Source of the DNA: an uncultured Nitrospiraceae bacterium
Lineage (GTDB): Bacteria > Nitrospirota > Nitrospiria > Nitrospirales > Nitrospiraceae
Assembly (NCBI GenBank): GCA_963730935.1
Contig: CAVSTP010000004.1
Span: forward strand, 864,001 to 928,000
Direction of reading: 5' to 3'
Length of the DNA stretch: 64,000 bases
The notes under the pieces were generated by a model. That model did not search any database. It was not told the origin of the DNA and was given only the letters and a program-made list of their open reading frames with translations. The position numbers and the translations under genes were made by a program. Positions 1-9,325 of the stretch are shown here, in pieces (positions within the stretch are counted from its first letter, which is position 1; the number at the start of each line of letters is the position of its first letter).

Positions 1-416
1 GTCGTGTAGTGGAAACCGACGTGTCGGTATGGCAGCGGATGTTAATCTTGAATCTGACCTCGGCTTTTCTGCTCTCGCAGGCAGTGTTGCCTTCCATGCT
101 GCAACGCGGTCAGGGACGCATCGTGCACGTTGCCGCCCGAGCCGCACTTGAACCATTTTCAGGGGCAGCAGCGTACATCGTATCGAAGGCAGGCCTTATC
201 GGATTGATCCGCACGCTGTCTATAGAACTGGCAGGTTCAGGTGTCACGGTGAACGCTGTCTTGCCGAGCACGATCGATACGCCTGCCAATAGAAGGGCGA
301 TGCCCGCTGCCGATCCATCAAAATGGGCTCGGCCAGACTCCATCGCACAAACGTTGACTTTCCTCGCTTCGGACGCCGCCAGCCAAATCAACGGGGCGTT
401 AATTCCAATCGGGTAA
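1..416 (+). CDS. SDR family oxidoreductase (5' part outside window)
   Basis: YIVSK catalytic YxxxK motif, GRIVHV and VNAVLPSTIDT SDR motifs. Confidence 0.9.
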   Translation, partial: RVVETDVSVWQRMLILNLTSAFLLSQAVLPSMLQRGQGRIVHVAARAALEPFSGAAAYIVSKAGLIGLIRTLSIELAGSGVTVNAVLPSTIDTPANRRAMPAADPSKWARPDSIAQTLTFLASDAASQINGALIPIG

Positions 417-425
417 GGCGAAAGG

Positions 426-463
426 AAACGGTGTCAGGAACCACTGTGCGGTGCGTGGCGGGA
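426..463 (+). repeat. Junction repeat copy (GGTGTCAGGAACC-type)
   Basis: AAACGGTGTCAGGAACCACTGTGCGGTGCGTGGCGGGA matches copies at 1874, 12272, 15443 and 29912. Confidence 0.85.
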
Positions 464-515
464 TTACAATGCTTAACCGACTGTCCAAATATTTAGTGGA
501 GCCGTACAGTCCTGT

Positions 516-968
516 TTAGTCGATGATATCGACCTTCTTCCCCTGTGCCTTTGCACGTGTGAGGCAATCGGTATCAGTCGTTGAACAACGCAGCGTGTCA
601 AGTTGATGTTCTTCGACAATCTCGACCTTCTTGCGTTGTGCCTTCGCCTGCTTCATACAGCCAGCATCGGTAATGAGACATTTCATGGTGTCATTAGTGG
701 CTGGCTTTTCAACCATCTCGACCTGTCTCCCCTCCTCTTTTGCTCGCCTGAGGCACTCTCGGTCCGTCGCGACACATTTGACCGTCTCTTCGGTCTTCTT
801 GATAGCCTTGTCAATGGATTGGTCGATGTTCTGATTTACTCGGTCTTGCGCTTTGCGCTTGGCGCTTTCGGTGGCTCGATTCATAAGACCATCGATATAT
901 CCTTGAGCTTGTACCTCGGCAACATTGAACAGCGTCAGCGCCACAATGCACCCGATGAAACGTGTCAT
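516..968 (-). CDS. Secreted protein with three CxxTDxxC repeats
   Basis: Signal peptide (MTRFIG...VQA), GAAGGGAGG RBS, three ~31-aa repeats C..TD..C...AK..G..V.I. Confidence 0.75.
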   Translation of the reverse strand: MTRFIGCIVALTLFNVAEVQAQGYIDGLMNRATESAKRKAQDRVNQNIDQSIDKAIKKTEETVKCVATDRECLRRAKEEGRQVEMVEKPATNDTMKCLITDAGCMKQAKAQRKKVEIVEEHQLDTLRCSTTDTDCLTRAKAQGKKVDIID

Positions 969-1072
969 GATAAGTGGCCCTCCCTTCAAACCAGCTAACC
1001 TACAAATAAGGATAGCAGATCGGGCAAACCCCGCTACCAAGCTGAAGGAAAAGGTTATTAATCGTCCCCCAT

Positions 1073-1198
1073 CCTAGCGGACGGATGGGACATAGACTGC
1101 TGATTACGAATCAGCAGGATCACAATCATGCCGCGCTATCGCATACTGGGGATTTTTTATTCCATTCTCTCGATGTCCGGCGAAACCCATGCCTTCTG
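1073..1198. repeat. ~125-bp direct repeat, copy 1 (contains an orphan 3' end of the DUF1254 gene)
   Basis: Aligns with 1945-2069; the minus strand reads QKAWVSPDIERME* versus QKAWVLPDIERME*. Confidence 0.9.
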
Positions 1199-1219
1199 CC
1201 TTGATCACTCGCGCGACAC

Positions 1220-1861
1220 GTGATAGAAGCTTTGCCCGCTGGTCGGAGTTCTAACAAGAGGCACTTCATTCACTTGAGTCGATCTGGGCCATGTACGCAT
1301 TTGTCCGCTGTGATCTTAGCCGTGGCCACGGCTCTCCTCGGACTTATGAATCCGTCCGCTGGCGCTGAAGAGTTGAGACTCGAATATTTGGCCCTGAGAG
1401 GAGGCTTTACCGGATATGTGATTGGACAATATCAACCAGACTATTTTAACCAAGCCGATGTTGCGTTAGCCGCGCGGCTTCCCTGGCAAAAGGAACTCGG
1501 GGCCGACTGGGTTCTCGGGACGCGCATTCTGGGCTCTGCCGGCGTGCTCATCGGGGCTCACGAAACGCCTGGGATCTTCACGCTGATACCGTTCTATGTG
1601 ATGTGCGGTCGAAAGGACGGACTGATTTCCATTGATATAGGTGGGGGCGGTGCCTTGGTCACCCAGTATAAGTTCCAGAATCAGAGCTTCGGCGGGCCGT
1701 TTCAGTTTGTGTGGACGTTCGGCGCGACCAGTCGTTTCGCCGGACCGTTCGGAGCAGGCTACCATTTTCAACATTTCTCCGACGCCGGAATGTACGGGAG
1801 TGACGCCCGCGGCGTCGATATGCATCTCTTTGAACTTACCTATTGGTTTGACACAAAGTGA
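1220..1861 (+). CDS. Acyloxyacyl hydrolase / PagL-like outer-membrane beta-barrel (start uncertain)
   Basis: GGPFQF and YHFQHFSDAG (PagL-like HxS motif), signal-like N-terminus, aromatic C-terminal strand. Confidence 0.7.
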   Translation: MIEALPAGRSSNKRHFIHLSRSGPCTHLSAVILAVATALLGLMNPSAGAEELRLEYLALRGGFTGYVIGQYQPDYFNQADVALAARLPWQKELGADWVLGTRILGSAGVLIGAHETPGIFTLIPFYVMCGRKDGLISIDIGGGGALVTQYKFQNQSFGGPFQFVWTFGATSRFAGPFGAGYHFQHFSDAGMYGSDARGVDMHLFELTYWFDTK

Positions 1862-1873
1862 CCTGGGGAAGAG

Positions 1874-1915
1874 AAAAGGTGTCCGAAACCCTATTGCGGC
1901 GCGTGGCGGGCCCGC
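1874..1915 (+). repeat. Junction repeat copy
   Basis: AAAAGGTGTCCGAAACCCTATTGCGGCGCGTGGCGGGCCCGC. Confidence 0.85.
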
Positions 1916-1944
1916 CTTAATCGGCTGTACCCGTTGAACGTCTT

Positions 1945-2069
1945 CCTTGCGGACGGACGGGACATAGCCGCTGATAACGAATGAGCGGAATCACAATCCT
2001 GTTTCGTCATCGCCTACTTGGGCTTTTTTATTCCATTCTCTCGATGTCCGGCAACACCCACGCCTTCTG
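1945..2069. repeat. ~125-bp direct repeat, copy 2 (3' end and downstream flank of the intact DUF1254 gene)
   Basis: Aligns with 1073-1198. Confidence 0.9.
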
Positions 2070-3461
2070 GAAAAGTGGCTTTTCCGGACCATAGAACCGG
2101 AAGAGAACTTCGAAGCCTCCGTCGGCGTTCGTCGGCACCCAGTTTGATTCCTTCCCATCTGGCGGTGTTGAGCCGAAAAAAAGATCGACCGAGCCGTCCG
2201 CGTTCTTCTGGAGTCCGGGTGTACTCGATGAGCGGCTGAACCAACGTGAATTGCGGATGAGCGTGTGCGTGGCGCCGTCGTACGCGGTGGCTGACCAGTA
2301 GAGGCTTACAGGGACGTCGGGAGGCACGGTGAGGCGATAGGCTCTGGCCCCCTCCAGGCGACGGCCAGACTTGTCCTTGATGGTCATAAGATAGAACTGT
2401 CCCGCACCAAGGTGCTTCGCACTGAAGTACGCCATGGCATACGTTACCGCACGCCCATCTATAGGGTAACTGTTTCGGTTCGCAAAAAAGTTTGGCATGC
2501 CTTCGACGACTTCCGGCGATGCAGGCAATGCCCAGTGATTGCCTGCATTGAATGGCGGAACGAAGGTCTTTTCATATTGCATCTCTATCAAGGCGCGGGC
2601 TTCATGCGCAGACGTTTCTAGCATCACCTTGGTGGTTGTGTCAGGATGAAACGGCTTGCCCTTCTCGATGCCAACCGACTTCAGCATGTCGATCATCGCC
2701 TTGTCGCGGGTCAGCCACGGCTCGGTTTGCACAAAGCGGTTGAGTGACTCGAAAAAGCGCGCGTCATACGGAATAGTCGCATCGAAGATGCGGCCAACCG
2801 CGTCAACGAATTTGGTTTGCTGACCGCTTTTTCCCCCACCCGCCGCCAGCGGATAGAACTTTACGCGCTTGCCGTACGCGACGGCTTTTGCGATATCGGC
2901 CTCGCTGCCGCTTTTCAGGTTTGACCGAAGGAGCGCATACCCTTGGTAGGTATCGGAACGAAGTGGGATGTAACCGGTGGGAACCTTCCCCTTATGTTCC
3001 GGCGGCAGGATTAAATACTTACCGCCCTTACCCTTATCCACACCGGCAGGGCCGACATCTTCCAGCGCGTTTTGCCATCCATCATCGATGCTACCGGTGA
3101 TTGAGCCCTCGTCGGACGGCGGAATCTCGAGCACGACAGGGCCATCCTTCGTGTTGTAGAACGGCATGAAGTATATGGTGTCGGGGTTGGGCGTGAGGGT
3201 CTGGTTCTTCCAGTCCACTGGCCTCGACCAATAGACGATCTGGTTAGGCCCTCCCTTGACGGCAACGAATGCCTGATACATCAGGTCGAAGTTGACCGCT
3301 GGCATGCCCCACATGACGGCTTCGACGGCCCTGCGCTTGAGGGTACGGCGGGCAAGCTCCTCAGCTGAGTAATCTTGGGCCTGCGTCATCAGCGTGTCTG
3401 TCATCACCAGAAACAGAGCCACGGCAACGAGAAAACAGGCCTGGTTTCTAAGACCTCCCAT
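2028..3461 (-). CDS. DUF1254/DUF1214 domain protein
   Basis: TPNPDTIY, GPAGVDKGKGGKYLILPP, WSATAYD, NADGSVDL and FRFYGPE motifs; AAGGAG RBS. Confidence 0.9.
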   Translation of the reverse strand: MGGLRNQACFLVAVALFLVMTDTLMTQAQDYSAEELARRTLKRRAVEAVMWGMPAVNFDLMYQAFVAVKGGPNQIVYWSRPVDWKNQTLTPNPDTIYFMPFYNTKDGPVVLEIPPSDEGSITGSIDDGWQNALEDVGPAGVDKGKGGKYLILPPEHKGKVPTGYIPLRSDTYQGYALLRSNLKSGSEADIAKAVAYGKRVKFYPLAAGGGKSGQQTKFVDAVGRIFDATIPYDARFFESLNRFVQTEPWLTRDKAMIDMLKSVGIEKGKPFHPDTTTKVMLETSAHEARALIEMQYEKTFVPPFNAGNHWALPASPEVVEGMPNFFANRNSYPIDGRAVTYAMAYFSAKHLGAGQFYLMTIKDKSGRRLEGARAYRLTVPPDVPVSLYWSATAYDGATHTLIRNSRWFSRSSSTPGLQKNADGSVDLFFGSTPPDGKESNWVPTNADGGFEVLFRFYGPEKPLFQKAWVLPDIERME

Positions 3462-3664
3462 AATTTCATGCTCCTTCATTGACTTCGATCCATTCCCTTC
3501 TGGCGAAGATGGCCTCGTGACTGATATCCCACAACGCTTAGTGTATTTTATCCACCTACCGGCCAGCCAGAAACTGGGAGAAGTAACAGGTTCAATGTGG
3601 ACACGATCCGGCGGAGTGGCTAGACTGATCAATCCCCTCATTCATTCAGCAAAAAGGAGTGACC

Positions 3665-4132
3665 ATGAGACTTCTTCATGAACTCCTCAACAGTCTCCTA
3701 TACGCAAGCCTAACGGTCACGGCCATATCCGGGGGGACAGCCCTAGCCGGTGGTGGGACTGTGGTGACAAAACCCAGCAACTATTCTGTCTCCGAAACAA
3801 TCGGCCGGATTGAGAGAGCGGTCACGGCGAAGGGGATGCAGATCTTTGCTCGGATTGATCACGGCGGAGAGGCGAAGAAAGCGGGGTTGGCCATGAGACC
3901 AACCGAGTTGCTCATCTTTGGCAACCCAAAGGGCGGGACCGCTCTCATGGTGGCCAAGCCTACAGCTGCGATTGACCTCCCCATGAAAGCCTTGGCATGG
4001 GAAGACGAGGATGGCAAAGTGTGGCTCACGTATAACTCGCCCGAGCTCCTGCACGAGCGACACGGTGTGCCGACGGACCTCACCTCGAAACTCGATTCGG
4101 TTGGCAAGCTGTTGGAAGCGACGGTGGAGTAG
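3665..4132 (+). CDS. DUF302 domain protein
   Basis: IFARIDH, LLIFGNPKGGT and DLPMKAL motifs; AAGGAG RBS. Confidence 0.9.
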   Translation: MRLLHELLNSLLYASLTVTAISGGTALAGGGTVVTKPSNYSVSETIGRIERAVTAKGMQIFARIDHGGEAKKAGLAMRPTELLIFGNPKGGTALMVAKPTAAIDLPMKALAWEDEDGKVWLTYNSPELLHERHGVPTDLTSKLDSVGKLLEATVE

Positions 4133-4162
4133 CTAGCGTAGCGGGGGCCGTTTATCGGTAGC

Positions 4163-4555
4163 CTAGGCGCGAACCAACATTCGACCATGCAAGAAGAGAA
4201 AGATGGAGAAGACCAAAGCAAGCAGTGCAAGCACTGTATTCGTGGCAGCAAGGACGAGTTTGCTTTGAAACAGGTTCGTGAATCGCGCCTGCAAATGTAA
4301 CCGCTGTAACCACTTGGGATACCCGTCAGTCTCGTGCCAGCCCCTATTCAATCCGAACAGCACAAGGATCGATAGAATGGAGAAATTCGCGGCGTACGCG
4401 ATGTTTTGCAGCAGCTTCCCCAGCTCATCTTGCGAGCTTGGAGGGGTATCCGGAATATCGAGGAGGGCCTTCAAGGAATCGCCAGAAAATGGCAGGCTGA
4501 TGACGAGCCAGACAAGCCCGACGAATGCCCAGAAAAACCATGAGGCTTTCTTCAT
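4163..4555 (-). CDS. Hypothetical membrane protein (3 TM)
   Basis: Three hydrophobic segments from MKKASWFF. Confidence 0.5.
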   Translation of the reverse strand: MKKASWFFWAFVGLVWLVISLPFSGDSLKALLDIPDTPPSSQDELGKLLQNIAYAANFSILSILVLFGLNRGWHETDGYPKWLQRLHLQARFTNLFQSKLVLAATNTVLALLALVFSIFLFLHGRMLVRA

Positions 4556-4612
4556 TTGGCAATCACAATAGAACAAGCCGGTGCGGAAATCAAAAACTGC
4601 GCCATCAATCTG

Positions 4613-4632
4613 TTCGCGGCGCGGGGCGGGAC
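4613..4632 (+). repeat. Junction repeat, right half
   Basis: TTCGCGGCGCGGGGCGGGAC. Confidence 0.6.
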
Positions 4633-4746
4633 AAGGCTCCCCTTGCAACCTGCCCGAAGCATAACGCAGTTCGGTAGCCCGCCCAACCAATAGCGTCTCC
4701 CTGCCCGCGGGAACGCAAATCATCCCTTACAAAGTCTTTGAACTTC

Positions 4747-5033
4747 CTAGCTGCCATTGAGATGAAGGAGAAGGCCAAGTAAGACGGCTTTCCCCTGAGC
4801 GCGTTCGGTTTCAGCCTTCGCCGTGCCTTTTGCGGGTTCTACTCGGCGCTCGTCTTGTTGCCCTTCACGTCCTCGACTGCGTCTTTCGTCTGTCCTTTCC
4901 CTTTCTCGACGAGAGACTTCGTTTGTCCTTTCATTTTCTCCATCGCGACGGAGGTGTCGCCTGCGTGACCCGCACCGACGAATCCCAAGATTGAAAGTAT
5001 CGCGATGCCTGCAGCAAGTGGAAGTGTTCTCAT
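4747..5033 (-). pseudogene. CsbD-like secreted repeat protein, probably frameshifted
   Basis: Signal peptide and KGQTK repeats end at a TAG (4839); the AKGTAKAETERAQGK repeat continues in another frame. Confidence 0.5.
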
Positions 5034-5229
5034 GATCCAATCTCCTTCATGGTACGAGGTGATAGATCCTTGACACGTGATCCTTGCTGATATTCTTAGC
5101 CTCTTTGCGCGACGCGGATAGGTGTGCGGTGAACAGCGGCGGCGTATCTTCAATCCACCATGATACCCGGCGAGAGATCACGCCGCGGCGAAGAGACACG
5201 CTAACGAGATACCTATGGTGAGGCCGATG

Positions 5230-5475
5230 CTAGCCCCTTCGCCTGCCTTTCGTCCTCGGCCTGCTCAGATCGTGCTGACGTGGGAAGCATAGCCTGAGAT
5301 TGTGGGTCCCCTTGCTCATCTCGACTCGCCCCGCTTGATTCAAGCGAACGAGTTCGATGAGGGTATCGTGCCAGGTAAATTCGCTGCAGCTGAACACCAA
5401 CTCTTCAAGCTCACATTCAGGAGAGCGGCGTAACTGTTTGATGACTCGCTTGGTAATGGCGGTGTAGGGTGACAT
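5230..5475 (-). CDS. Small winged-helix-like protein, paralog of 18269..18478
   Basis: Shared IT..I...LR..P.C..E.LV....EF.W....E..RLN..G.V pattern; AAAGGAG RBS. Confidence 0.65.
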   Translation of the reverse strand: MSPYTAITKRVIKQLRRSPECELEELVFSCSEFTWHDTLIELVRLNQAGRVEMSKGTHNLRLCFPRQHDLSRPRTKGRRRG

Positions 5476-6026
5476 CAAAATGTCTCCTTTCAGATGATCC
5501 GACCGTCCCGATCCACAGTGTCGATCTGCTGAGACGTCTTCAACCATAGCGTGACCTCAAGCAAGGAGTCTGCTGAGCGACATCCTTGCCGGTAAGGCCG
5601 CCATCTGGATGGCTGAATTTCCATCTCCAGCCTCACCTACCACTTCGATAAGACGAAATCGTCAAAGAATTCCCGTAGAGTCTCACGAAACGGAACAAAA
5701 TCATCGACCTCCAGAATACTCAGTGATTCAGCTGGGAAGGTTACCGACATCGTGTTCAACTGTTCAAAGGCCACATTCCACCTGCATTGATTCTCTGCCT
5801 CTAAGACCGCCCTGTCTGTTCAAAAGATGACACTGGGGCATTCCCGAGCCGCATAATGGCCAATCATCGCTTTAGAGTTGTGGGCAGGAGCGGACTGAGC
5901 CCGAATATCGCACGCTGCTCATCAAAGCCGGACTTCAGATGACCAAGGCCGTGCCCACAGAGCGGTGAGCATCGTGGAGGCGATGGTTGCCTGATCACCG
6001 GTTCCACTCAGGTGCAGCAGATTGAG

Positions 6027-6053
6027 CACTTCACCACGCGCGGCGGGCCGGCC
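6027..6053 (+). repeat. Junction repeat, right half
   Basis: CACTTCACCACGCGCGGCGGGCCGGCC. Confidence 0.6.
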
Positions 6054-6098
6054 TTCCGCATCGACCTCCCCATTCACACTGCTTATCCATGCTTGCCT

Positions 6099-6127
6099 TA
6101 GACCTGCCCGCATAAGAAACGTAAAAT
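6099..6127 (+). promoter_or_regulatory. Sigma70-like promoter TAGACC-N17-TAAAAT
   Basis: Exact 17-nt spacing; same module recurs about 8 times. Confidence 0.6.
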
Positions 6128-6162
6128 GGCTCGACTCCTCGTTCGACACCGCGAGGCGTTAC

Positions 6163-6558
6163 CTGATACCCGTTGTTGTTGGCGTTCTCCTTGCTGCTGG
6201 AATCGCAGCACTTGCCAAGTTCACACGCTTCGATGAAGATCGCAGCTTCTACCCCACTGTTCTGGTGATCATCGCATCATACTACCTGCTATCCGCAGTT
6301 CTAGGCGGGTCAGGTCACGCCTTGGTCTGGGAGCTGGTTATCGCCGTCGCATTTTCAACAGCAGCTATTATCGGAGCAGTCTTTTCACCCACGCTGGTAG
6401 GGATTGGCATTCTTACACATGGTCTATCTGATCTTGTGCATGACGTGATCATTCAGAACCCTGGCGTCCCGACCTGGTGACCAAGCTTTTGTGGAAGCCT
6501 TGATGCATTGTTGGGGCTGTGGGTGATCAGCATTACCCGTTCCCGACGAATTTCGTGA
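6163..6558 (+). pseudogene. Small integral membrane protein interrupted by an in-frame TGA
   Basis: NPGVPTW*PSFCGSLDALLGLWV continues hydrophobically past the TGA at 6478-6480; no canonical start codon. Confidence 0.6.
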
Positions 6559-6659
6559 TGCGGGACTGGCTAGTCTACCCGCTGATATGCAATCAGCGCG
6601 TTCAGATGAAGGATGTGTGTGTGCTTCTGTGTTAAGATGACGCACCTCGGCTTGAACCA

Positions 6660-7106
6660 ATGGAGAATCGTTCTATGAACGGCGATAAGACGATCGCCTC
6701 CGATCTCTTGCAGCGGCATTTCCAGACACTCGTGAATGACAACCTGCGATGGCAGATGCTCATCGACGATAATATTGTATGGGAACTCGCTTACGCGGCG
6801 GCCATAGGCCACCCAACGAGGCTCTCGGGGCGGGAAGAAGTCGTCCGTCACGTCACCTGGTTCTTGGGAGCGGTGAAGGATTTTCGCTTCTTTGATCTTA
6901 AGGTGTTTCCCTTGGCTGATCCTGAAGGAGCCGTAGGTCAAGTCATGGCGGAGGGGACTATTCAGTCCACTGGCCGAATGTATCAGCAGGAATATGTGCT
7001 GTTCTTGCGTGCGACCGGTGGCAAGATTATTTCCCTGCGAGAGTATTTTGATCCTACGCGCGCAGCGAAGGCCCTCAATACGCCCATTCTCGGTCTGGAA
7101 GCCTAG
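6660..7106 (+). CDS. SnoaL/NTF2-like (PhzA/B-like) protein
   Basis: GRMYQQEY and GKIISLREYFDP motifs. Confidence 0.85.
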   Translation: MENRSMNGDKTIASDLLQRHFQTLVNDNLRWQMLIDDNIVWELAYAAAIGHPTRLSGREEVVRHVTWFLGAVKDFRFFDLKVFPLADPEGAVGQVMAEGTIQSTGRMYQQEYVLFLRATGGKIISLREYFDPTRAAKALNTPILGLEA

Positions 7107-7912
7107 TATATAGAAGCTGTCCTGCTCAGAAAGTCGCGTACCAATCGGGCGACCTCGAACGGCTTTTCAATCGCCGCGAGTTGACTGGCCTCGTCAAGAA
7201 TTTTGAACTCTGCGCCGGGAATTTGTGCGGCGATAAAATCTGCTTGCGCCGGCGTGACGGCAGGATCCTGCCGCCCGGCAAGGACTAGCGTCCGAGTCCT
7301 AATCCTATGAAGCTCACTGCTCACATCTGATCGATTGAAGGCGGCAAGCGCCGCGTTAAACATGCCGTTGCCGTCTGGTATGCTCACGAGCTGGTTTCTA
7401 AATTTTGCGATGAGGTCAGGTCTGGATTGATACGTCGAGGGCGCAAACAACAGTTTCATTGCTGGGTCGACAATGTCCTGGCGATGTCCGTCCCGAAACA
7501 TTTTCCAGAGGTGGAGGGTCGATGCTTTCATTGTTGAGGGATCGGGTCGTGCGCTCGTTGCCATGAGCACGAGCGAATCAAAGGCGTCGGGATGTGCAAG
7601 CGCCACGCGCATACCGATCATTCCGCCGATCCCATTTCCGAACCATGCGACCTTTCCTAGCCCCAGCGCTTGCAACAACCCATAATAATCTTCCGCCATC
7701 GCTTCGAGTGTCATGGCTTCCCGATATCCGCTCAGACCATGGCCATGGAGATCGACCGTCATAAGGCGGGCATCTCTCGCGATTTCTGTCAACACCTCGG
7801 CGAATGCGTCTGGTCCCCACATCAGCGGATGGGCGAACACGATCGTCGGAGTGTCCTGGTCTCCAGACTCTCGATAATGCATTCCAATCCCGTTGATCTG
7901 CACAACCGGCAT
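7103..7912 (-). CDS. Alpha/beta fold hydrolase
   Basis: DLHGHGLS, GNGIGGM nucleophile elbow (Ser absent), LAGRQD. Confidence 0.85.
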   Translation of the reverse strand: MPVVQINGIGMHYRESGDQDTPTIVFAHPLMWGPDAFAEVLTEIARDARLMTVDLHGHGLSGYREAMTLEAMAEDYYGLLQALGLGKVAWFGNGIGGMIGMRVALAHPDAFDSLVLMATSARPDPSTMKASTLHLWKMFRDGHRQDIVDPAMKLLFAPSTYQSRPDLIAKFRNQLVSIPDGNGMFNAALAAFNRSDVSSELHRIRTRTLVLAGRQDPAVTPAQADFIAAQIPGAEFKILDEASQLAAIEKPFEVARLVRDFLSRTASIY

Positions 7913-8041
7913 ACGCTTCTCCGAGGTGGGAGCCAGCAAGAGCTGTTACGGTGACTCGCACACGACACTACTGGGAAGGCGGCGCTCGATTCAAGTCATC
8001 GGAGCTCTCTCCCCGTCCCTCGACCTTCTCTCCGATCGCCA

Positions 8042-8070
8042 TAGACCCGTTGGGCTCTTGAAAGTAGAAT
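8042..8070 (+). promoter_or_regulatory. Sigma70-like promoter TAGACC-N17-TAGAAT
   Basis: CATAGACCCGTTGGGCTCTTGAAAGTAGAAT upstream of 8144. Confidence 0.65.
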
Positions 8071-8143
8071 GGGCTTGCGGTTTCACTCATAAGGCCGAAG
8101 CCATGGCCATGACGTGCAGTACATTCAGCAAAGGAGAGCGTCA

Positions 8144-9145
8144 ATGATCTGTTGGTTGACCCATGGTGTGATCCTCGCTGTTCTGATGTCCATCTATGGA
8201 TGTGTATCATCGCCCACGATCAATTGGACAAACGAGAAAATTGGTTTTACTCGGGCACCTCAACTTGGCGGGACGGATTCTCTTTGGATCATGAACGGCG
8301 ATGGATCCGGCCAGTCGCAGCTTGATTTAGGTGCGGACGGGAATAGCTCCCTGACGTGGTCGCCTGATGGCAACTCCATTGCGTTTGAATCCGTCCGAGA
8401 TGGCCACATTGAGCTCTACACCGCGCGGATTATCAGCAACGGCAACGACACATATTCTGCTCAGGAGATTCAACGAAGGACTACCGCTCCTGCGGACCAT
8501 TCATTTCCAGCATGGTCACCTGATTGCGCATGGCTTGCGTTTTCGTCCAACAGAGTCAACCAGAATTCCTACAACATTTATCAACTCCATCTGAGCGACG
8601 ACACCGTGACCCCCATTACGAGCGGAAACTACCAGGATTTGTCCCCTTCATGGTCTCCTGATGGGTCCAAAATCGCCTTCACGCGTCACGTGGGCAATGC
8701 GTCACGAGAGATTTATGTTCACGTGATGAGCTCTGGGCAGGATATTCGACTGACGAATAACAGTGTGAATGATACTGATCCCTCGTGGTCGCCATCCGGC
8801 CGTATTATTTTTGCACGGCATTCCGAGGATGGCAGTCGTGCGGCTCTCTTTGAAATGGACGCTGTCGACGCGAATGGAGACGGCAATGGAGACCATCTCG
8901 CCCCAATTACTACCCCAAATGAACATGAATATGACCAGAAGCCGGAGTATTTTCGGAGTGGAAAAGCCATCGTATTCTTTCGAAGTCAGGAGGCTGGTGG
9001 GGGAGGACCTGGGGATGTCTATAAACTCCTCATCCAGGACGGGACAGTCATGGAACCGCTTCTGAATCTCACCCACACCAATCCCCAGCACGAACATGGC
9101 GCGACTTGGAAGCGAAATGGAGTCTGTGTCAGAAAAGCGAAGTAG
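8144..9145 (+). CDS. TolB-like beta-propeller lipoprotein (PD40 repeats)
   Basis: Repeated WSPDG..IAF units; lipobox-like IYGC; AAGGAG RBS. Confidence 0.85.
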   Translation: MICWLTHGVILAVLMSIYGCVSSPTINWTNEKIGFTRAPQLGGTDSLWIMNGDGSGQSQLDLGADGNSSLTWSPDGNSIAFESVRDGHIELYTARIISNGNDTYSAQEIQRRTTAPADHSFPAWSPDCAWLAFSSNRVNQNSYNIYQLHLSDDTVTPITSGNYQDLSPSWSPDGSKIAFTRHVGNASREIYVHVMSSGQDIRLTNNSVNDTDPSWSPSGRIIFARHSEDGSRAALFEMDAVDANGDGNGDHLAPITTPNEHEYDQKPEYFRSGKAIVFFRSQEAGGGGPGDVYKLLIQDGTVMEPLLNLTHTNPQHEHGATWKRNGVCVRKAK

Positions 9146-9161
9146 CAACAGCTACTGCACG

Positions 9162-9195
9162 AATGGGACATTCTGTATTTACCGGCGCGTGGCGG
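9162..9195 (+). repeat. Junction repeat, GGGACATTC-type left half
   Basis: AATGGGACATTCTGTATTTACCGGCGCGTGGCGG. Confidence 0.65.
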
Positions 9196-9325
9196 CAAAG
9201 CTTCGCGCCACATCTAGCGTCAAACCGACTGCAATGGGGTAACTCTTGAAGGAATCGGTAGCGAGAGGTATGCTGTTTACCGTCGGCAAGTGAGCCGGAC
9301 CGCAGCCTGCTGAGAGGATGGAATT

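Noticed and set aside
6478..6480. TGA recoding (Trp or Sec)
   Set aside because: TGA is the normal stop for many genes in the window, the gene also lacks a canonical start, and no SECIS is evident; a nonsense mutation is simpler.
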